Positions 47,245-57,772 of a stretch of DNA of 64,000 bases are shown here, piece by piece; position 1 is the first letter of the stretch, and every line of letters starts with the position of its first letter. The translations under genes and the position numbers were made by a program. The stretch comes from an uncultured Collinsella sp. (lineage in GTDB: Bacteria > Actinomycetota > Coriobacteriia > Coriobacteriales > Coriobacteriaceae), in assembly GCA_958444075.1 (NCBI GenBank), contig CAUCNB010000002.1, forward strand, positions 13,909 through 77,908. The letters run 5' to 3'. Below the pieces are notes generated by a model. That model had not been told where the DNA came from. It did not search any database and saw nothing but the letters and a program-made list of their open reading frames with translations.

Positions 47245-47349
47245 AGCTAGTCACTCCAAAAATGAGGGTGGGCTCGCGTGAATCAACGGCAAGCCCACCA
47301 CATGCAATCTGCCGCGGGGTTTTCGGCAGCTTACATCCCAAATAATTGT

Positions 47350-48720
47350 CTACTCCACTACTGCCTCTTCATCAGGGCGATACAGGATGTAAACGAGAAC
47401 GAAGTTAAGAATTAAACCGACGACATTGCAAAGAATTGCGCCGATGAGGCTGCTCATATCACCAGAAGGATCCATATAACCGGGGAAGCTAAAAATGCCG
47501 CTCGACGTCATAACGAACGTACAGGTGTTGAAAATCGCCGGGATAACAGCACTGATTGCTCCGGCGACCATGGAAGCGATAATGATCTTCTTGTGCTCCA
47601 AGATGATGCCGTACAGCGCCGGTTCCGTAATCCCGAAAAAGCCCGTAATGGCACAGCTGAACCCAAGACTCTTTTCACTCGGGTCCTTCGAGCGGAGGGC
47701 AAACGCCAAACAAGCGCCGACAACACCCATGCTGCAGCAGAGAAGTCCAAGGATAGGATCGGAGCCGACGGTCATAATATTGTTGATGGAAAGCACGATC
47801 AGGGCCCAATGGAGTCCAAGGGGGATCATAACGAGACCGAATATCGGCCCGAGAATAACGCCGCAAAGGACGGGGCTGAACTGATAGACCGCCAGCACTG
47901 CAGTCGCAAGCAAAGAGCTCGCCTGCTGAATAACGGGGCCGATCACAAGGAGCGAGACGGGGGCGGCAACAGCAACCGTCAGGAACGGGACGAGCGCAAA
48001 TGCCACAACATCGGGAAGAACCGCCCGCAGCCACTTATTAAGAACGGATGCGAACCAAGCCGCCACGATAGCAGGAAACACCGTGGAGGAATAGCTCACC
48101 ATTGTGAACTTCATGCCGAGCAAATCCAGCGCATCGCCCGCTCCGGCCGCAGCAACGAAAGTCGGATAAATCAGGATTGCACCGAGTACCGCACCGATAT
48201 ATCGATCGGTTCCAAAGAACTGAGCAGCAGATGATCCGACAAGAACGGGCAGAAAATACATGCAGGCATTTCCCATGCCGTACAGCAGAGTGTATATTCC
48301 GCTCTCGGCGGAAACAGCACCCGCCGTCGTCAGAATACTAAGGACGGCGTTTATCATTCCGCATGCGATCAAGGCAGGAAGAACGGGCATCATGATGCCG
48401 CTGATGAGCTTCATTAGCTTTCCCAGACAGCCCTTAGTCTCTCCTTCGCTTGCCTCGGAATCTCCGGCATCAATCCCGGTTTCCTTGGCAACGATTTCAT
48501 AGACCTTATCGACCTTAGGTCCCACAATCACCTGATATTGCCCCGCGGAATGGCGAATGTCGATCACGCCATCAATCGCCTTGACTTTTGCATCGTCTAC
48601 GATGCTTTCGTCCTTAAGGTTGAACCTTAAACGAGTCATGCAGTGAGCTACAAATGTAACGTTGTCTGCGCCGCCCACCATCTCGAGAATCTCGGCAGCG
48701 AGCTTGGTTGTATCTGCCAT
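47350..48720 (-). CDS. PTS beta-glucoside-family IIBC
   Basis: HCMTRLRF, QYQVIVG, GLHW, GITEPALYG; lower GC. Confidence 0.92.
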   Translation of the reverse strand: MADTTKLAAEILEMVGGADNVTFVAHCMTRLRFNLKDESIVDDAKVKAIDGVIDIRHSAGQYQVIVGPKVDKVYEIVAKETGIDAGDSEASEGETKGCLGKLMKLISGIMMPVLPALIACGMINAVLSILTTAGAVSAESGIYTLLYGMGNACMYFLPVLVGSSAAQFFGTDRYIGAVLGAILIYPTFVAAAGAGDALDLLGMKFTMVSYSSTVFPAIVAAWFASVLNKWLRAVLPDVVAFALVPFLTVAVAAPVSLLVIGPVIQQASSLLATAVLAVYQFSPVLCGVILGPIFGLVMIPLGLHWALIVLSINNIMTVGSDPILGLLCCSMGVVGACLAFALRSKDPSEKSLGFSCAITGFFGITEPALYGIILEHKKIIIASMVAGAISAVIPAIFNTCTFVMTSSGIFSFPGYMDPSGDMSSLIGAILCNVVGLILNFVLVYILYRPDEEAVVE

Positions 48721-48788
48721 AAATACCATTTCTCCCATGTTGAGTTTTATATGTAACCATCAGCAAAGCGCGCGCCTTTGCCAACTAA

Positions 48789-49628
48789 TTACCTTGTTTT
48801 CGATGCAATTCGATTGATGTGCATCATGAGGTAGAGTCTTTCTTCGTCTATAAGTTCCCGCCCCGTCAGTCGGCTGAGAACAGAAGCAATATCATCGGCG
48901 CACATTGATGCCACCGGATATTCTTTTTTGAGCGAGAGGTACATCTTGCGGTTGTCGCTCACGATGCTTTCGCCAGAGTTCAACCTATTGAATAAGTACT
49001 GAAGATGGGTTGCGAACCTTGCGTAATCGAAACCTTCCCGATCAACTTGAATGCCAAGCCGATTTTCAACAGCAACGGTTGACTCCTCCAGAACACGATC
49101 GTAGATATCCGCGCTAAACTCTTTAACTACTTCGCATGAGTCCGAATCGGCCATGTTATTGATAAACGCCATGGCAATTCCAACTGCCTCATGAGCTGGA
49201 AGCCTAACGTTAAGACGTTTCCTGATTATCTTAAGTGCATACTCGCCGATTCTAAATTCGACGGGATATTGTTGGCGGACATCAAACGATAAAGGCATGC
49301 GGACAACGATATTTTGCTCTTTGCGCTTAACCGCATACGCGATATGGTCCGCAAGGATAAACGGCAAATTAGGGCTCACCTCATAAGACAGCAAACCTGT
49401 CGACATATCAATAACATCCGAGGTAAGCTCGAGAAGCTCGTCGGGGACCTCGTCAACGAGAGCGATGTAGCGAGAGCTAACGTTATAAAACGTTCGTTGA
49501 ATCTCCGAAAGAGGGACCTCGTCTCCGACATTCTTAAACCCCAGACCACGGCCGAATGCAACCAACTGTCTGCCATTTCCATCGACGCAGAGGACAGCGC
49601 TGGTATTAATTCGTTTAACAATTTCCAT
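48789..49628 (-). CDS. BglG/LicT-family transcriptional antiterminator
   Basis: CAT domain IVKRIN...GRGLGF, PRD1 LADH, PRD2 RFATH and YLMMH. Confidence 0.92.
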   Translation of the reverse strand: MEIVKRINTSAVLCVDGNGRQLVAFGRGLGFKNVGDEVPLSEIQRTFYNVSSRYIALVDEVPDELLELTSDVIDMSTGLLSYEVSPNLPFILADHIAYAVKRKEQNIVVRMPLSFDVRQQYPVEFRIGEYALKIIRKRLNVRLPAHEAVGIAMAFINNMADSDSCEVVKEFSADIYDRVLEESTVAVENRLGIQVDREGFDYARFATHLQYLFNRLNSGESIVSDNRKMYLSLKKEYPVASMCADDIASVLSRLTGRELIDEERLYLMMHINRIASKTR

Positions 49629-49639
49629 GTGTCCCCCCC

Positions 49640-49716
49640 CTAAACAGAACAAGGCTCCCGAAGCAGAATCCGACAATCAATGTCGACAGATGCTGCTTCA
49701 GGAGCCTTGCCTGAAT
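49640..49716 (-). terminator. Leader terminator with overlapping partial RAT-like sequence
   Basis: Minus strand CAGGCAAGGC overlaps stem AAGGCTCCTGAAGCAG / CTGCTTCGGGAGCCTT, then GTTCTGTTT. Confidence 0.6.
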
Positions 49717-49829
49717 ATCACTCTGAGGACTAGTTTAAGCGAGCTAGTGCTAATGACCTCGAATAAACACTTCTAAACAGTTAAACGGTCGATATCTCCG
49801 TGTGAACGGTTTGGAGGCAGAGGGCGGCC

Positions 49830-50318
49830 CTATGCCTGCTGATAGTGCAGGTGCTTCTCGTCGATATCGGCCAGGTCACGGTCGAGATAGCGGCGTGCGA
49901 GCCAGTTTGCCATGGGGAGGTTCTGGTCCAGATAGTTACCGCACTCCTCGGGAGCGGCACCGGGGACATCGCCCTCAAAGCCGGCGACAAACTCGAACAG
50001 CTCACGCACGAGCGGCAGGATCTCCTCGCTCGTCACCTCGCCAAACACGACGAGGTAAAAGCCCGTGCGGCAGCCCATGGGACCAAAGTAGACAATGCGG
50101 CTCGACCACTCGGCATGGTTGCGAAGGAACGTCGCGCCCAGGTGCTCGATGGTGTGGCACTCGGCCGTGTTCATGACCGGCTCCTTGTTGGGCGTGGTCA
50201 GGCGCAGGTCAAACGTGGTGACGGCGGCGCCGGTCGCCGGATCGCGGTCGATGCGGCTCACGTACACGCCGGGCTCAAGCAGCAGATGGTCAACGGAAAA
50301 ACTCGCGATACGCTCCAT
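49830..50318 (-). CDS. luxS: S-ribosylhomocysteine lyase
   Basis: SFSVDH, HTIEH, GPMGCRTGFY, ECGNY. Confidence 0.97.
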   Translation of the reverse strand: MERIASFSVDHLLLEPGVYVSRIDRDPATGAAVTTFDLRLTTPNKEPVMNTAECHTIEHLGATFLRNHAEWSSRIVYFGPMGCRTGFYLVVFGEVTSEEILPLVRELFEFVAGFEGDVPGAAPEECGNYLDQNLPMANWLARRYLDRDLADIDEKHLHYQQA

Positions 50319-50487
50319 GGCAGATCCTCTCGATAGTCAATTTAGGACGGGGCTCTTTTAGCTGGTTGGAATGGTCGCACCAATCATACCAGTCAAAAAA
50401 GCCCCGTCCCAAATGAGCTGCCAAGGACGGGGATCAATGAGTTTTTAATCCCCGTCCCAGAAAAATCCTTGGGCGCCGCGCAGCCGC

Positions 50488-51978
50488 CTAGGCAGTGTAG
50501 GCGATAGTCGCGTCGACAGCATGGCGCCAGCCGGCGATCTTTTTGACTCGCTTGTCGGCGGGCATCGACGGCTCCACGATGCCGCGGGCGCCGTAGACGT
50601 CGACGACATCGCGCGTGTACATGTCCAGCGCAATGCCGCAGGCCCAGGCCGCACCCAGGCCGCTCATCTCGTCGTTGCTCGCGATGCGGATGGGCGAGCC
50701 AACCAGGTCGCTCTCAAACTGCATCAGGTACGCATCGCGCGTGGGACCGCCGTCAACACGAAGTTCGGCCAGCGCCGCGCCCGAATCCTCGACCATCGCA
50801 TCAATCACGTCAAAGATCTGATAGGCGATCGACTCGTCGGCGGCCTTCACGAACTCCGCGCGACCCGTGGTGCGCGTCATGCCAAAGACGCAGCCCTCGG
50901 CGTCACTCGCCCAGTGCGGCGCGCCCAGACCGGTAAACGCCGGCACAAAGTAGACGCGGCTCGCCGGATTGGCGGCGTAGCACAGGTCGGTAACTTCCTC
51001 GGGGTTATTGATGAGCTCCAGATCGTCGCGCAGCCACGTCTTGACGGCGCCGGCGTAGCTCACGTTGCCCTCGAGCACGTACTCGGTCACGCCGTCCATG
51101 CGCCATGCGAGCGAGCTCGAAAGCCCGTGCGAGCTGGCGACGAACTCGTCGCCGACGTTCATCATGACCGAGCTGCCGGTGCCATAGGTCGCCTTGGCCA
51201 TGCCGCGGCTATGGCAGCCCTGCGCAAACAAGGCGGCATGGCTGTCGCCGAGCACGCCGTGAATGGGCACGGGTGCCGGCAAAAAGCCGCCCAGGTCCGT
51301 CATGCCAAACAGGCCATCGGAATCGGTCACCTGTGGCAGGCAGGCTGCATCGACGCCAAAGGCCTCGCACACCGGCTCGCTCCAGCAGCCACGGCGCAGG
51401 TCAAAGAGTTGCGTGCGGCTGGCGTTGGACCAGTCGCAGCGGAACTCCGCGCCGCCCGTGAGCGTCCAGACCACCCAGGCATCGATGGTGCCCAGGCACA
51501 GCTCGCCCGCTGCAGCGGCCTCGGCAGCCGCGGGAACGTTCGCGAGGATCCAGGCCATCTTGCCCGCCGGGTAGTAGGGCGAGAGCACTAGACCCGTCGT
51601 GTCGCGCACCAGCTCGGCCACGCCCTCGCGCGCGGCCAGCTCGTCGCACAGCTCGCGGGCGCGGGCGCACTGCCACACCACGGCGTCGCACAGCGGCTCG
51701 CCCGTCGTGTGCCTCCAGGCAACGGTAGTCTCGCGCTGGTTGGAGATGCCGATGCCGGCGACGTCGGCCGGATCGACCCCGGTCTCCTCCACCACGGCGC
51801 GCGCCACGGCCAGCACGTTGGCGGCGATCTCGGCTGGATCATGGCTCACCCAGCCGGCCTCGTTGACAATCTGGCGATGCGGGCGATCGGCACGATGAAT
51901 CAAATGGCCGCCCTCGTCCACCAGCAGCGCCTTGGTGCCCTGCGTGGATTGATCGATTCCGATGATGTATTTGCTCAT
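50488..51978 (-). CDS. FGGY carbohydrate kinase (glycerol kinase-like; candidate apulose kinase)
   Basis: IDQSTQGTK, SNQRET, NASRT, KATYGTGS, PAFTGLGAP, VDGG. Confidence 0.88.
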   Translation of the reverse strand: MSKYIIGIDQSTQGTKALLVDEGGHLIHRADRPHRQIVNEAGWVSHDPAEIAANVLAVARAVVEETGVDPADVAGIGISNQRETTVAWRHTTGEPLCDAVVWQCARARELCDELAAREGVAELVRDTTGLVLSPYYPAGKMAWILANVPAAAEAAAAGELCLGTIDAWVVWTLTGGAEFRCDWSNASRTQLFDLRRGCWSEPVCEAFGVDAACLPQVTDSDGLFGMTDLGGFLPAPVPIHGVLGDSHAALFAQGCHSRGMAKATYGTGSSVMMNVGDEFVASSHGLSSSLAWRMDGVTEYVLEGNVSYAGAVKTWLRDDLELINNPEEVTDLCYAANPASRVYFVPAFTGLGAPHWASDAEGCVFGMTRTTGRAEFVKAADESIAYQIFDVIDAMVEDSGAALAELRVDGGPTRDAYLMQFESDLVGSPIRIASNDEMSGLGAAWACGIALDMYTRDVVDVYGARGIVEPSMPADKRVKKIAGWRHAVDATIAYTA

Positions 51979-52148
51979 GTACTCTCCTGTCTCCCCCGTC
52001 GATTCAAAACTAAAACCCGACGGACAAGGAGCGAGTGGCCGTCAAGTGCCGCAGATTGCCGTGAAAAAGGAGCGCCGCGTACTTTGTGTACACAGGCGAC
52101 GGTTTGAACGGCAAGGTGCGGTGCTTGGCGGCCGCGCAGCGTCTGTTT

Positions 52149-53090
52149 CTACTGTTTGCCAAGGAACTCGGCGACCGTCTTGGCGATTCCGGCACCCGTC
52201 AGGCCGTAGTGCGCAAAGACCTCGGGGCTCGTGCCGGTGATGACCGGCGCATCGGGCAGGCTCAGGCACTTGACCGGACGCGGGCAATGCTCGCCCACGA
52301 CCTGCGCGACCATGGAACCCAGGCCACCGAAGGGGCTGTGCTCCTCGACGGTCACGACGGCGCGCGTGGCACCGGCGGCCTCGATCACGGCCTCGGCATC
52401 GAGCGGCTTGACGCAGTACATATCGAGCACCGTTGCCGAGATGCCCTGCTCGGCCAGCAGATCGGCGGCGTCCACGGCATGGCGGACCATCTCACCGGTG
52501 GCGACAATCGTCACATCGGTGCCGCGGCGCACCCAGGTGGCGCGATCCATCTGGAACGGGCACTCGTCCTCAGTGTACACGTCCTCCACCGGGTTGCGGC
52601 CCACGCGGATGTAGGCCGGCTTGTTGTCGGCGACCAGGGCACGCACGAGCTCGGCGGTCTGGAAGCGATCGCTCGGCAGATACACGCGCATGTTGGGAAT
52701 CGCGCTCATGGCGGCGATATCCTGCGCGGAGTGATGGCTCATGCCTAAGGCGCCGTAGGACACGCCGCCCGAGATGCCGATGAGCTTGACGTTGGTGTTG
52801 GAGTACGAAACGTCGACCTTGCACTGCTCATACGAGCGCGTGGTCACAAAGGACGCCGGCGAGGCGGCCCAGGCCTTCTTGCCGCACGAGGCCATGCCGG
52901 CGGCGATGCTCACCAGGTCCTGCTCGGCAATGCCGACCTCAACGGACTGCTGGGGATACTGGTCAAAGAACGGCGTGAGCGATGCAGAGCCGCGGGAGTC
53001 GGAGCACAGGACGACGATGTCTTTATCGGTTGCGGCGGCCTCGAGCAGCGTGTCGCAGATAGCCTTTCGGTTGGCGATCTTGTTAGCCAT
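52149..53090 (-). CDS. Transketolase C-terminal subunit
   Basis: VGIAEQ, RSYEQ, GMSHHS, EEHSPFGGLG. Confidence 0.93.
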   Translation of the reverse strand: MANKIANRKAICDTLLEAAATDKDIVVLCSDSRGSASLTPFFDQYPQQSVEVGIAEQDLVSIAAGMASCGKKAWAASPASFVTTRSYEQCKVDVSYSNTNVKLIGISGGVSYGALGMSHHSAQDIAAMSAIPNMRVYLPSDRFQTAELVRALVADNKPAYIRVGRNPVEDVYTEDECPFQMDRATWVRRGTDVTIVATGEMVRHAVDAADLLAEQGISATVLDMYCVKPLDAEAVIEAAGATRAVVTVEEHSPFGGLGSMVAQVVGEHCPRPVKCLSLPDAPVITGTSPEVFAHYGLTGAGIAKTVAEFLGKQ

Positions 53091-53919
53091 TGATGGCCTC
53101 CTTATGGGCAGCGAAATCGGCGATGATCTGGGCATATTCCTCATCGTTGGGCAGGTGATGATGCCAGGCGGCCTTGTCCTCCATAACCGGCGAGCCGTAG
53201 CCCTTCACTGTGTTGAGGATGATGACCGTGGGCTTACCCTTGGTCTCGGCGGCCAGCGTCAGCGCGGCATCGATGGCCTGGACGTCGTTGCCCGGAATGG
53301 ACAGCACGTTCCAACCGAAGGCGGCCCAGCGCTCCTCCTGCGAATCCTGCTTCATGACGTCCTCGGTGCTGCCGCTGATCTGCAGGCGGTTGCGGTCCAC
53401 GAGCGCGCACAGGTTATCGAGCTGGTAATTGCCGCCGCTCATGGCGCCCTCCCAGACCGAGCCCTCGGCAAGCTCGCCGTCGCCCATGATGGTGTAGACG
53501 CGGTAGCCGCGGCCATCCATCTTGCCGGCAAGTGCCATGCCCACAGCCACGGGCAGACCGTGACCCAACGAGCCCGAGTTCATCTCGATGCCCTTGAGCT
53601 TGTTGTTGGGGTGGCCGATGTAGGGGCTGCCGAACTTGGAGAAGCGGGCCTTGACGTCATCAAGGTCAAGATAGCCCTCGTGGCAGAGCACCGCGTAGTA
53701 GGCCTCCATGGCGTGGCCCTTGGAGAGCACGAAGCGATCGCGGTTGGGATTGTCGACGGTCTCGGGCGAAATGTTGAGGTGGTTGGCGTAGAGGGTCATC
53801 AGCGCATCGATGACCGACATGTCGCCGCCGATGTGCCCGCCGGCGCCAGCCATGATGATATCGACGCAATCGCGTCGAAGGTCCCAACGCAGGGACTCAA
53901 GCTCTTCGATAGTTGCCAT
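53083..53919 (-). CDS. Transketolase N-terminal (TPP-binding) subunit
   Basis: GHIGG, DRFVLSKGH, GSLGHG, GDGE..EG..WE, WHH. Confidence 0.93.
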   Translation of the reverse strand: MATIEELESLRWDLRRDCVDIIMAGAGGHIGGDMSVIDALMTLYANHLNISPETVDNPNRDRFVLSKGHAMEAYYAVLCHEGYLDLDDVKARFSKFGSPYIGHPNNKLKGIEMNSGSLGHGLPVAVGMALAGKMDGRGYRVYTIMGDGELAEGSVWEGAMSGGNYQLDNLCALVDRNRLQISGSTEDVMKQDSQEERWAAFGWNVLSIPGNDVQAIDAALTLAAETKGKPTVIILNTVKGYGSPVMEDKAAWHHHLPNDEEYAQIIADFAAHKEAING

Positions 53920-53921
53920 TT

Positions 53922-55322
53922 CTACTCTCCTCGCAGGTAAGCTTTGACGTCTTCTTCGATGGGGTCGTACAGGTCGGGGACAATGCCGATGTACTTGCAC
54001 GCCTCGTAGAGCACCGGCACCACGTTGGCGTGAATGGCGACGCAATGGTGGATGTAGGGACCCTCGACGATCTTGGCCTCGAGGCGCTTGAGGTTGTCGA
54101 CCTCGACCCACAGGTAGGTGCCCATGCCGGCCGGGCCGTCGATGCCGCGGGCGTTGCCCAGCAGCAGCGAGTACTCGCCGTTGTCGCCGTCAAAGCGGGC
54201 AAGGGTGAGGTCGCCGTGCTTGGCCTCGGCCGTCAGCGCGCCGGGGTGATCGAAGGCCAGCGGATAGGTGAGCTTGGGCTTGACGGCCGCGCAGCTGCAG
54301 GGCCAGGGGCCGCAGTGCTGCAGCAGCTCGCCGTTCTCGTTATCGGGATGACGCACGGTCCAGTCGGCGAACATGCCGCGGTGACGGCCCAGGTCGGCGG
54401 CCTCGACCATCAGCGCGGTGATAGCGCCATGGATGTCGGTCTCGCAGACGATGGGGATGCCCATCTCGTTGAGGATTGCGTTGGCGGCGCAGGGCATAAT
54501 GCCCAACTCGTCCTGCAGGGCGTTCCAGCACTGGATGGCGCCGGCGTTGCAGCCGTACTTCTCGACCAGGCGCTTCATGGCAATGGCGAGTCCTGCGACC
54601 GCAGGAACCTTGTCCTCGGGGATGCAGATCTCAAAGCTGTCACCAATGTGGGCGAGCATGGCTGCCATGGCCTGCTCGTCAGCCTGGGCGTCGCGCACGG
54701 CCTGGACAAGCTCGGTCATGGGGATGGGCGAAAGCTGGATGTTGAACTTCTCGAGCAGCTCGCCCTCGTTGCACATGGTCGACCAGAAATCGAACGGACG
54801 GGTGGCCATCTGCAGGATGCGGGTGTGCTTGAAGGTCTTGACCACGTTGCACACGGCCAAAAAGTCCCAGACGCCGCGCTCGAACTCGGGATCGGTCAGA
54901 CGGCAGTTGGTCATGTAGGTGAAGGGAACCTGGAAGCGGCGCAGGACCTTGCCGGTGGCGAACAGACCGCACTGGCTATCGCGCAGACGGGTGCCGTCGG
55001 GCTCGGGGCGCTCGTCGCGCGGACCCCACAGCAGCACGGGCAAGCCGAGCTCGCGGGCAAGGCGGGCGCAGACATACTCGGTACCAAAGTTGGCGTGGCA
55101 GAGCATGATGCCGTCGACGCCCTCGGCGCGGAACTTCTCGACGATAGGCGCGATATGGCTGTCGTCGAACAGCAGGCCCTCGTCGTTGATGTCGTCGATA
55201 TCCACAATCTCGACGCCGATCTCGCGCAGGCGATCAGCCGTAAGGCCGCGATACTTGATCGCGTCCGGCGCGCTAAAGATGCTACGGCGCGTGGGCACAA
55301 AACCGAGCTTGATCTTATCCAT
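53922..55322 (-). CDS. L-fucose/L-arabinose isomerase-family protein
   Basis: NFGTE, DSQCG, AIQCW, CETD, HCG, HH near C-terminus. Confidence 0.88.
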   Translation of the reverse strand: MDKIKLGFVPTRRSIFSAPDAIKYRGLTADRLREIGVEIVDIDDINDEGLLFDDSHIAPIVEKFRAEGVDGIMLCHANFGTEYVCARLARELGLPVLLWGPRDERPEPDGTRLRDSQCGLFATGKVLRRFQVPFTYMTNCRLTDPEFERGVWDFLAVCNVVKTFKHTRILQMATRPFDFWSTMCNEGELLEKFNIQLSPIPMTELVQAVRDAQADEQAMAAMLAHIGDSFEICIPEDKVPAVAGLAIAMKRLVEKYGCNAGAIQCWNALQDELGIMPCAANAILNEMGIPIVCETDIHGAITALMVEAADLGRHRGMFADWTVRHPDNENGELLQHCGPWPCSCAAVKPKLTYPLAFDHPGALTAEAKHGDLTLARFDGDNGEYSLLLGNARGIDGPAGMGTYLWVEVDNLKRLEAKIVEGPYIHHCVAIHANVVPVLYEACKYIGIVPDLYDPIEEDVKAYLRGE

Positions 55323-55344
55323 GTACGTCCTCCCCTAGTCACAT

Positions 55345-55470
55345 GTTCAGTAAACAGACGCGTGTTTCGTTTTGTTCTGTTTACTAAATGTTTTACTCTT
55401 CTGTTTAGAAGTTTAGCGCGAAATACCCGTAGACGGTAGAGAAATCAGCCTAAACGGTATGTAAACAATC
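55345..55470. promoter_or_regulatory. AT-rich promoter with TAAAC/GTTTA operator-like motifs
   Basis: TGTTTACTAAATGTTTTACT at 55378-55397 plus several TAAAC/GTTTA half-sites. Confidence 0.55.
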
Positions 55471-55491
55471 TGAACATACAAGGGAAACAAA

Positions 55492-55515
55492 AAGAGGACC
55501 CCGAAGGATCCTCTT
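55492..55515 (-). terminator. Intrinsic terminator of the LacI gene
   Basis: AAGAGGA / TCCTCTT stem with a poly-T run on the minus strand. Confidence 0.65.
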
Positions 55516-55579
55516 CTGAATGGCACTATGTTAACTGCCCTAGCGAGCTTTGGCACGCTGCAGGCAATGCCGTCTCCGC

Positions 55580-56590
55580 CTAGATTTCGCGCACGCTCTG
55601 GCGCTCGACAAAATAGGTCGACACGGCCGTTTTGCAGGTGTAGCTCTTGGGATTGCGGATGTTGCCCACCAGGCGGCGCACCGCGATCTCACCCACCTCG
55701 TGCTTGGGAACATGCACCGTGGTGAGCGGCGGGTTGGAGAAAGCGCCCAACGACAGGTCGTCAAAGCCGATGATCGAGACATTATCGGGCACGCGAATGC
55801 CGTGCTCGTTGAGCGCGCGCATGGCACCCACGGCGAGCACGTCGTTCTCGGCAAAGAAAGCCGTTGGCAGATCTTCGCGCGAGGAATTGTCGAGCCACGC
55901 GCCCATGTCGCGATAGGCGCCCTCGAGCGTGGTGCCCAGCGTGACGCGCCATGCCGGATTGGCCTCGAGGCCCGCATCCTCAAGTGCTTGGCGATAGCCG
56001 CGCTCGCGGTCCTTAAAGTTGCGGATACGAAGGTCGCCCGCCAGATAGCCGATTTGCTTGTGACCTTTCTCGATAAGGTAGTCCACGGCACGCAGCACCG
56101 AATCGGTATTGGCAATGACCACGGCATCGAAGTACTGGCGGTCGCTCCAGCCATCGAGCACAATCAGGTGGGCGGCGGCGTTAGCGAACAGGGCGTAGTC
56201 CTCCTCGCCCAACTCCGTACCCATTAGTACAATAGCGGCGGCCGGATCGGCAATCAGGCCCTCGACCTGCGGACGCACGGCGTCTAGGTCGCTAAAGTCG
56301 AGCGAGACAAAGCTCGTGCTCATGCCGTGGCGACGCGCCTGGCGCTCCACGCCCTCGATGACCGCGGGATGGAAGGTGCTCTCGTCCAGGATGGCGCCCG
56401 TCTTGCGCGCGAGCACAAACTGGATGCTCTCGAGCTGCGTCGACTGCTGATAGCCGAGCGACTGCGCGCACTCCAGGATGACTTTGGCGGTCTCCTCGCT
56501 CACGCTGCGCTTGCGGTTGAGCGCGTTGGACACGGTTGCGGGCGAAAAACCGGTGATGCGGCTGATCTCGCGAACACTTGCTTTGGCCAT
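55580..56590 (-). CDS. LacI-family regulator
   Basis: GFSPATVSNALN HTH, NDVLAVG, VPDNVSIIGFDD, PPLTTV. Confidence 0.95.
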   Translation of the reverse strand: MAKASVREISRITGFSPATVSNALNRKRSVSEETAKVILECAQSLGYQQSTQLESIQFVLARKTGAILDESTFHPAVIEGVERQARRHGMSTSFVSLDFSDLDAVRPQVEGLIADPAAAIVLMGTELGEEDYALFANAAAHLIVLDGWSDRQYFDAVVIANTDSVLRAVDYLIEKGHKQIGYLAGDLRIRNFKDRERGYRQALEDAGLEANPAWRVTLGTTLEGAYRDMGAWLDNSSREDLPTAFFAENDVLAVGAMRALNEHGIRVPDNVSIIGFDDLSLGAFSNPPLTTVHVPKHEVGEIAVRRLVGNIRNPKSYTCKTAVSTYFVERQSVREI

Positions 56591-56793
56591 GGTTCCCCCT
56601 AGCAACGGTCGTGGCGGAGCATCGTGGCCTGACCGCCCCGTGACTCGACAACTAAACGACCGCAAATTCAATCTAAACAGAATAGTAAATGTTTAATAGC
56701 TAGTTTAGCCTGTTGTCAAGCGAAGCGACGCGACTATTCCCCCAACGGGCGTATTTACTCGGTAGCTAATCTGGAACGGGGCACAGAAACCGT

Positions 56794-57768
56794 TTAGCCA
56801 AGGATGCGAGCCATGCGTGCCTTAAACTCCACGAGGAAACGTGGGGCGTCCACGGTGAGCGCCACGAGCGCGCTCTTATCCGGATCGGACAGACGGTGCT
56901 CGTCACAGATAGTGCGGCCGCGGTACTCGCCCAGCAGGTCGACACGAAGATTGCAGCCGAGCGCACCCACGAGCGTGGGATCAATCGCCACGGCAACCGC
57001 CAGCGGATCGTGCAGCGCGCAGCCGCCCAGGTAGGGCGCGTTCATTTCGTACGAACCGATATAGTGCTCGACCATGCTCGCAAACGCGCAGCCAGCCATA
57101 GTACCCGAGCCCGTCCAGCCGGCAACGTCGCGACGTGTGAGCACCACGCGGTGCGTCACATCCAAGCCCACCATGGTGAGCTTGCGGCCCGAGCGCAACA
57201 CGGCGTCGGCAGCCTCGGGGTCGCCCGCCATGTTGGCCTCGGCGCCCGCGCTCACGTTGCCGGGCACGGTAAGCGCACCGCCCATCACGACCACGCGGCC
57301 GATGGACATCATCGCCGCCGCATCGCGCTCCAGGGCAAGCGCCAGATTGGTGAGCGGGCCGGTCGCAACGTAGACCAGATCGGGACCATAGGTACGCGCG
57401 GCATCAATCAGGTAATCGACCGCCGCATTGCCATCGGCCGACGTCGCGCCCACTGGCTCGTACGGCGAGGCGGGCACGCTTGCGCCGCCGATGCCGTTCT
57501 TGCCGTGGATAAGCGTGGTGGACGCCGGCGGCGTGTAGGGTTCGGTCGCCTTCATGGGACGATCGGCGCCCAGGTACACCGGCACCTCGGGACGACCCAA
57601 CAGGTCGAGCACCGCCAAGCAGTTGTGCGCCGACTGCTCGACGCGCACGTTGCCAAAGCACGTGGTGATGCCGACGAGCTCCACCTCGGGGCTCGCGATG
57701 GCATAGGCGAGCGCCATCGCATCATCCACACCCATATCCAGATCAAGGATCAGCTTCTTGGTTGCCAT
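56794..57768 (-). CDS. Nucleoside hydrolase (IU-NH family)
   Basis: DLDMGVDD, GPLTN, AEAN, GLDVT, LHDP. Confidence 0.93.
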   Translation of the reverse strand: MATKKLILDLDMGVDDAMALAYAIASPEVELVGITTCFGNVRVEQSAHNCLAVLDLLGRPEVPVYLGADRPMKATEPYTPPASTTLIHGKNGIGGASVPASPYEPVGATSADGNAAVDYLIDAARTYGPDLVYVATGPLTNLALALERDAAAMMSIGRVVVMGGALTVPGNVSAGAEANMAGDPEAADAVLRSGRKLTMVGLDVTHRVVLTRRDVAGWTGSGTMAGCAFASMVEHYIGSYEMNAPYLGGCALHDPLAVAVAIDPTLVGALGCNLRVDLLGEYRGRTICDEHRLSDPDKSALVALTVDAPRFLVEFKARMARILG

Positions 57769-57772
57769 TGTT

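Noticed and set aside
50488..51978. Calling the kinase glpK
   Set aside because: No glycerol facilitator or G3P dehydrogenase nearby; context with isomerase and split transketolase points to another substrate
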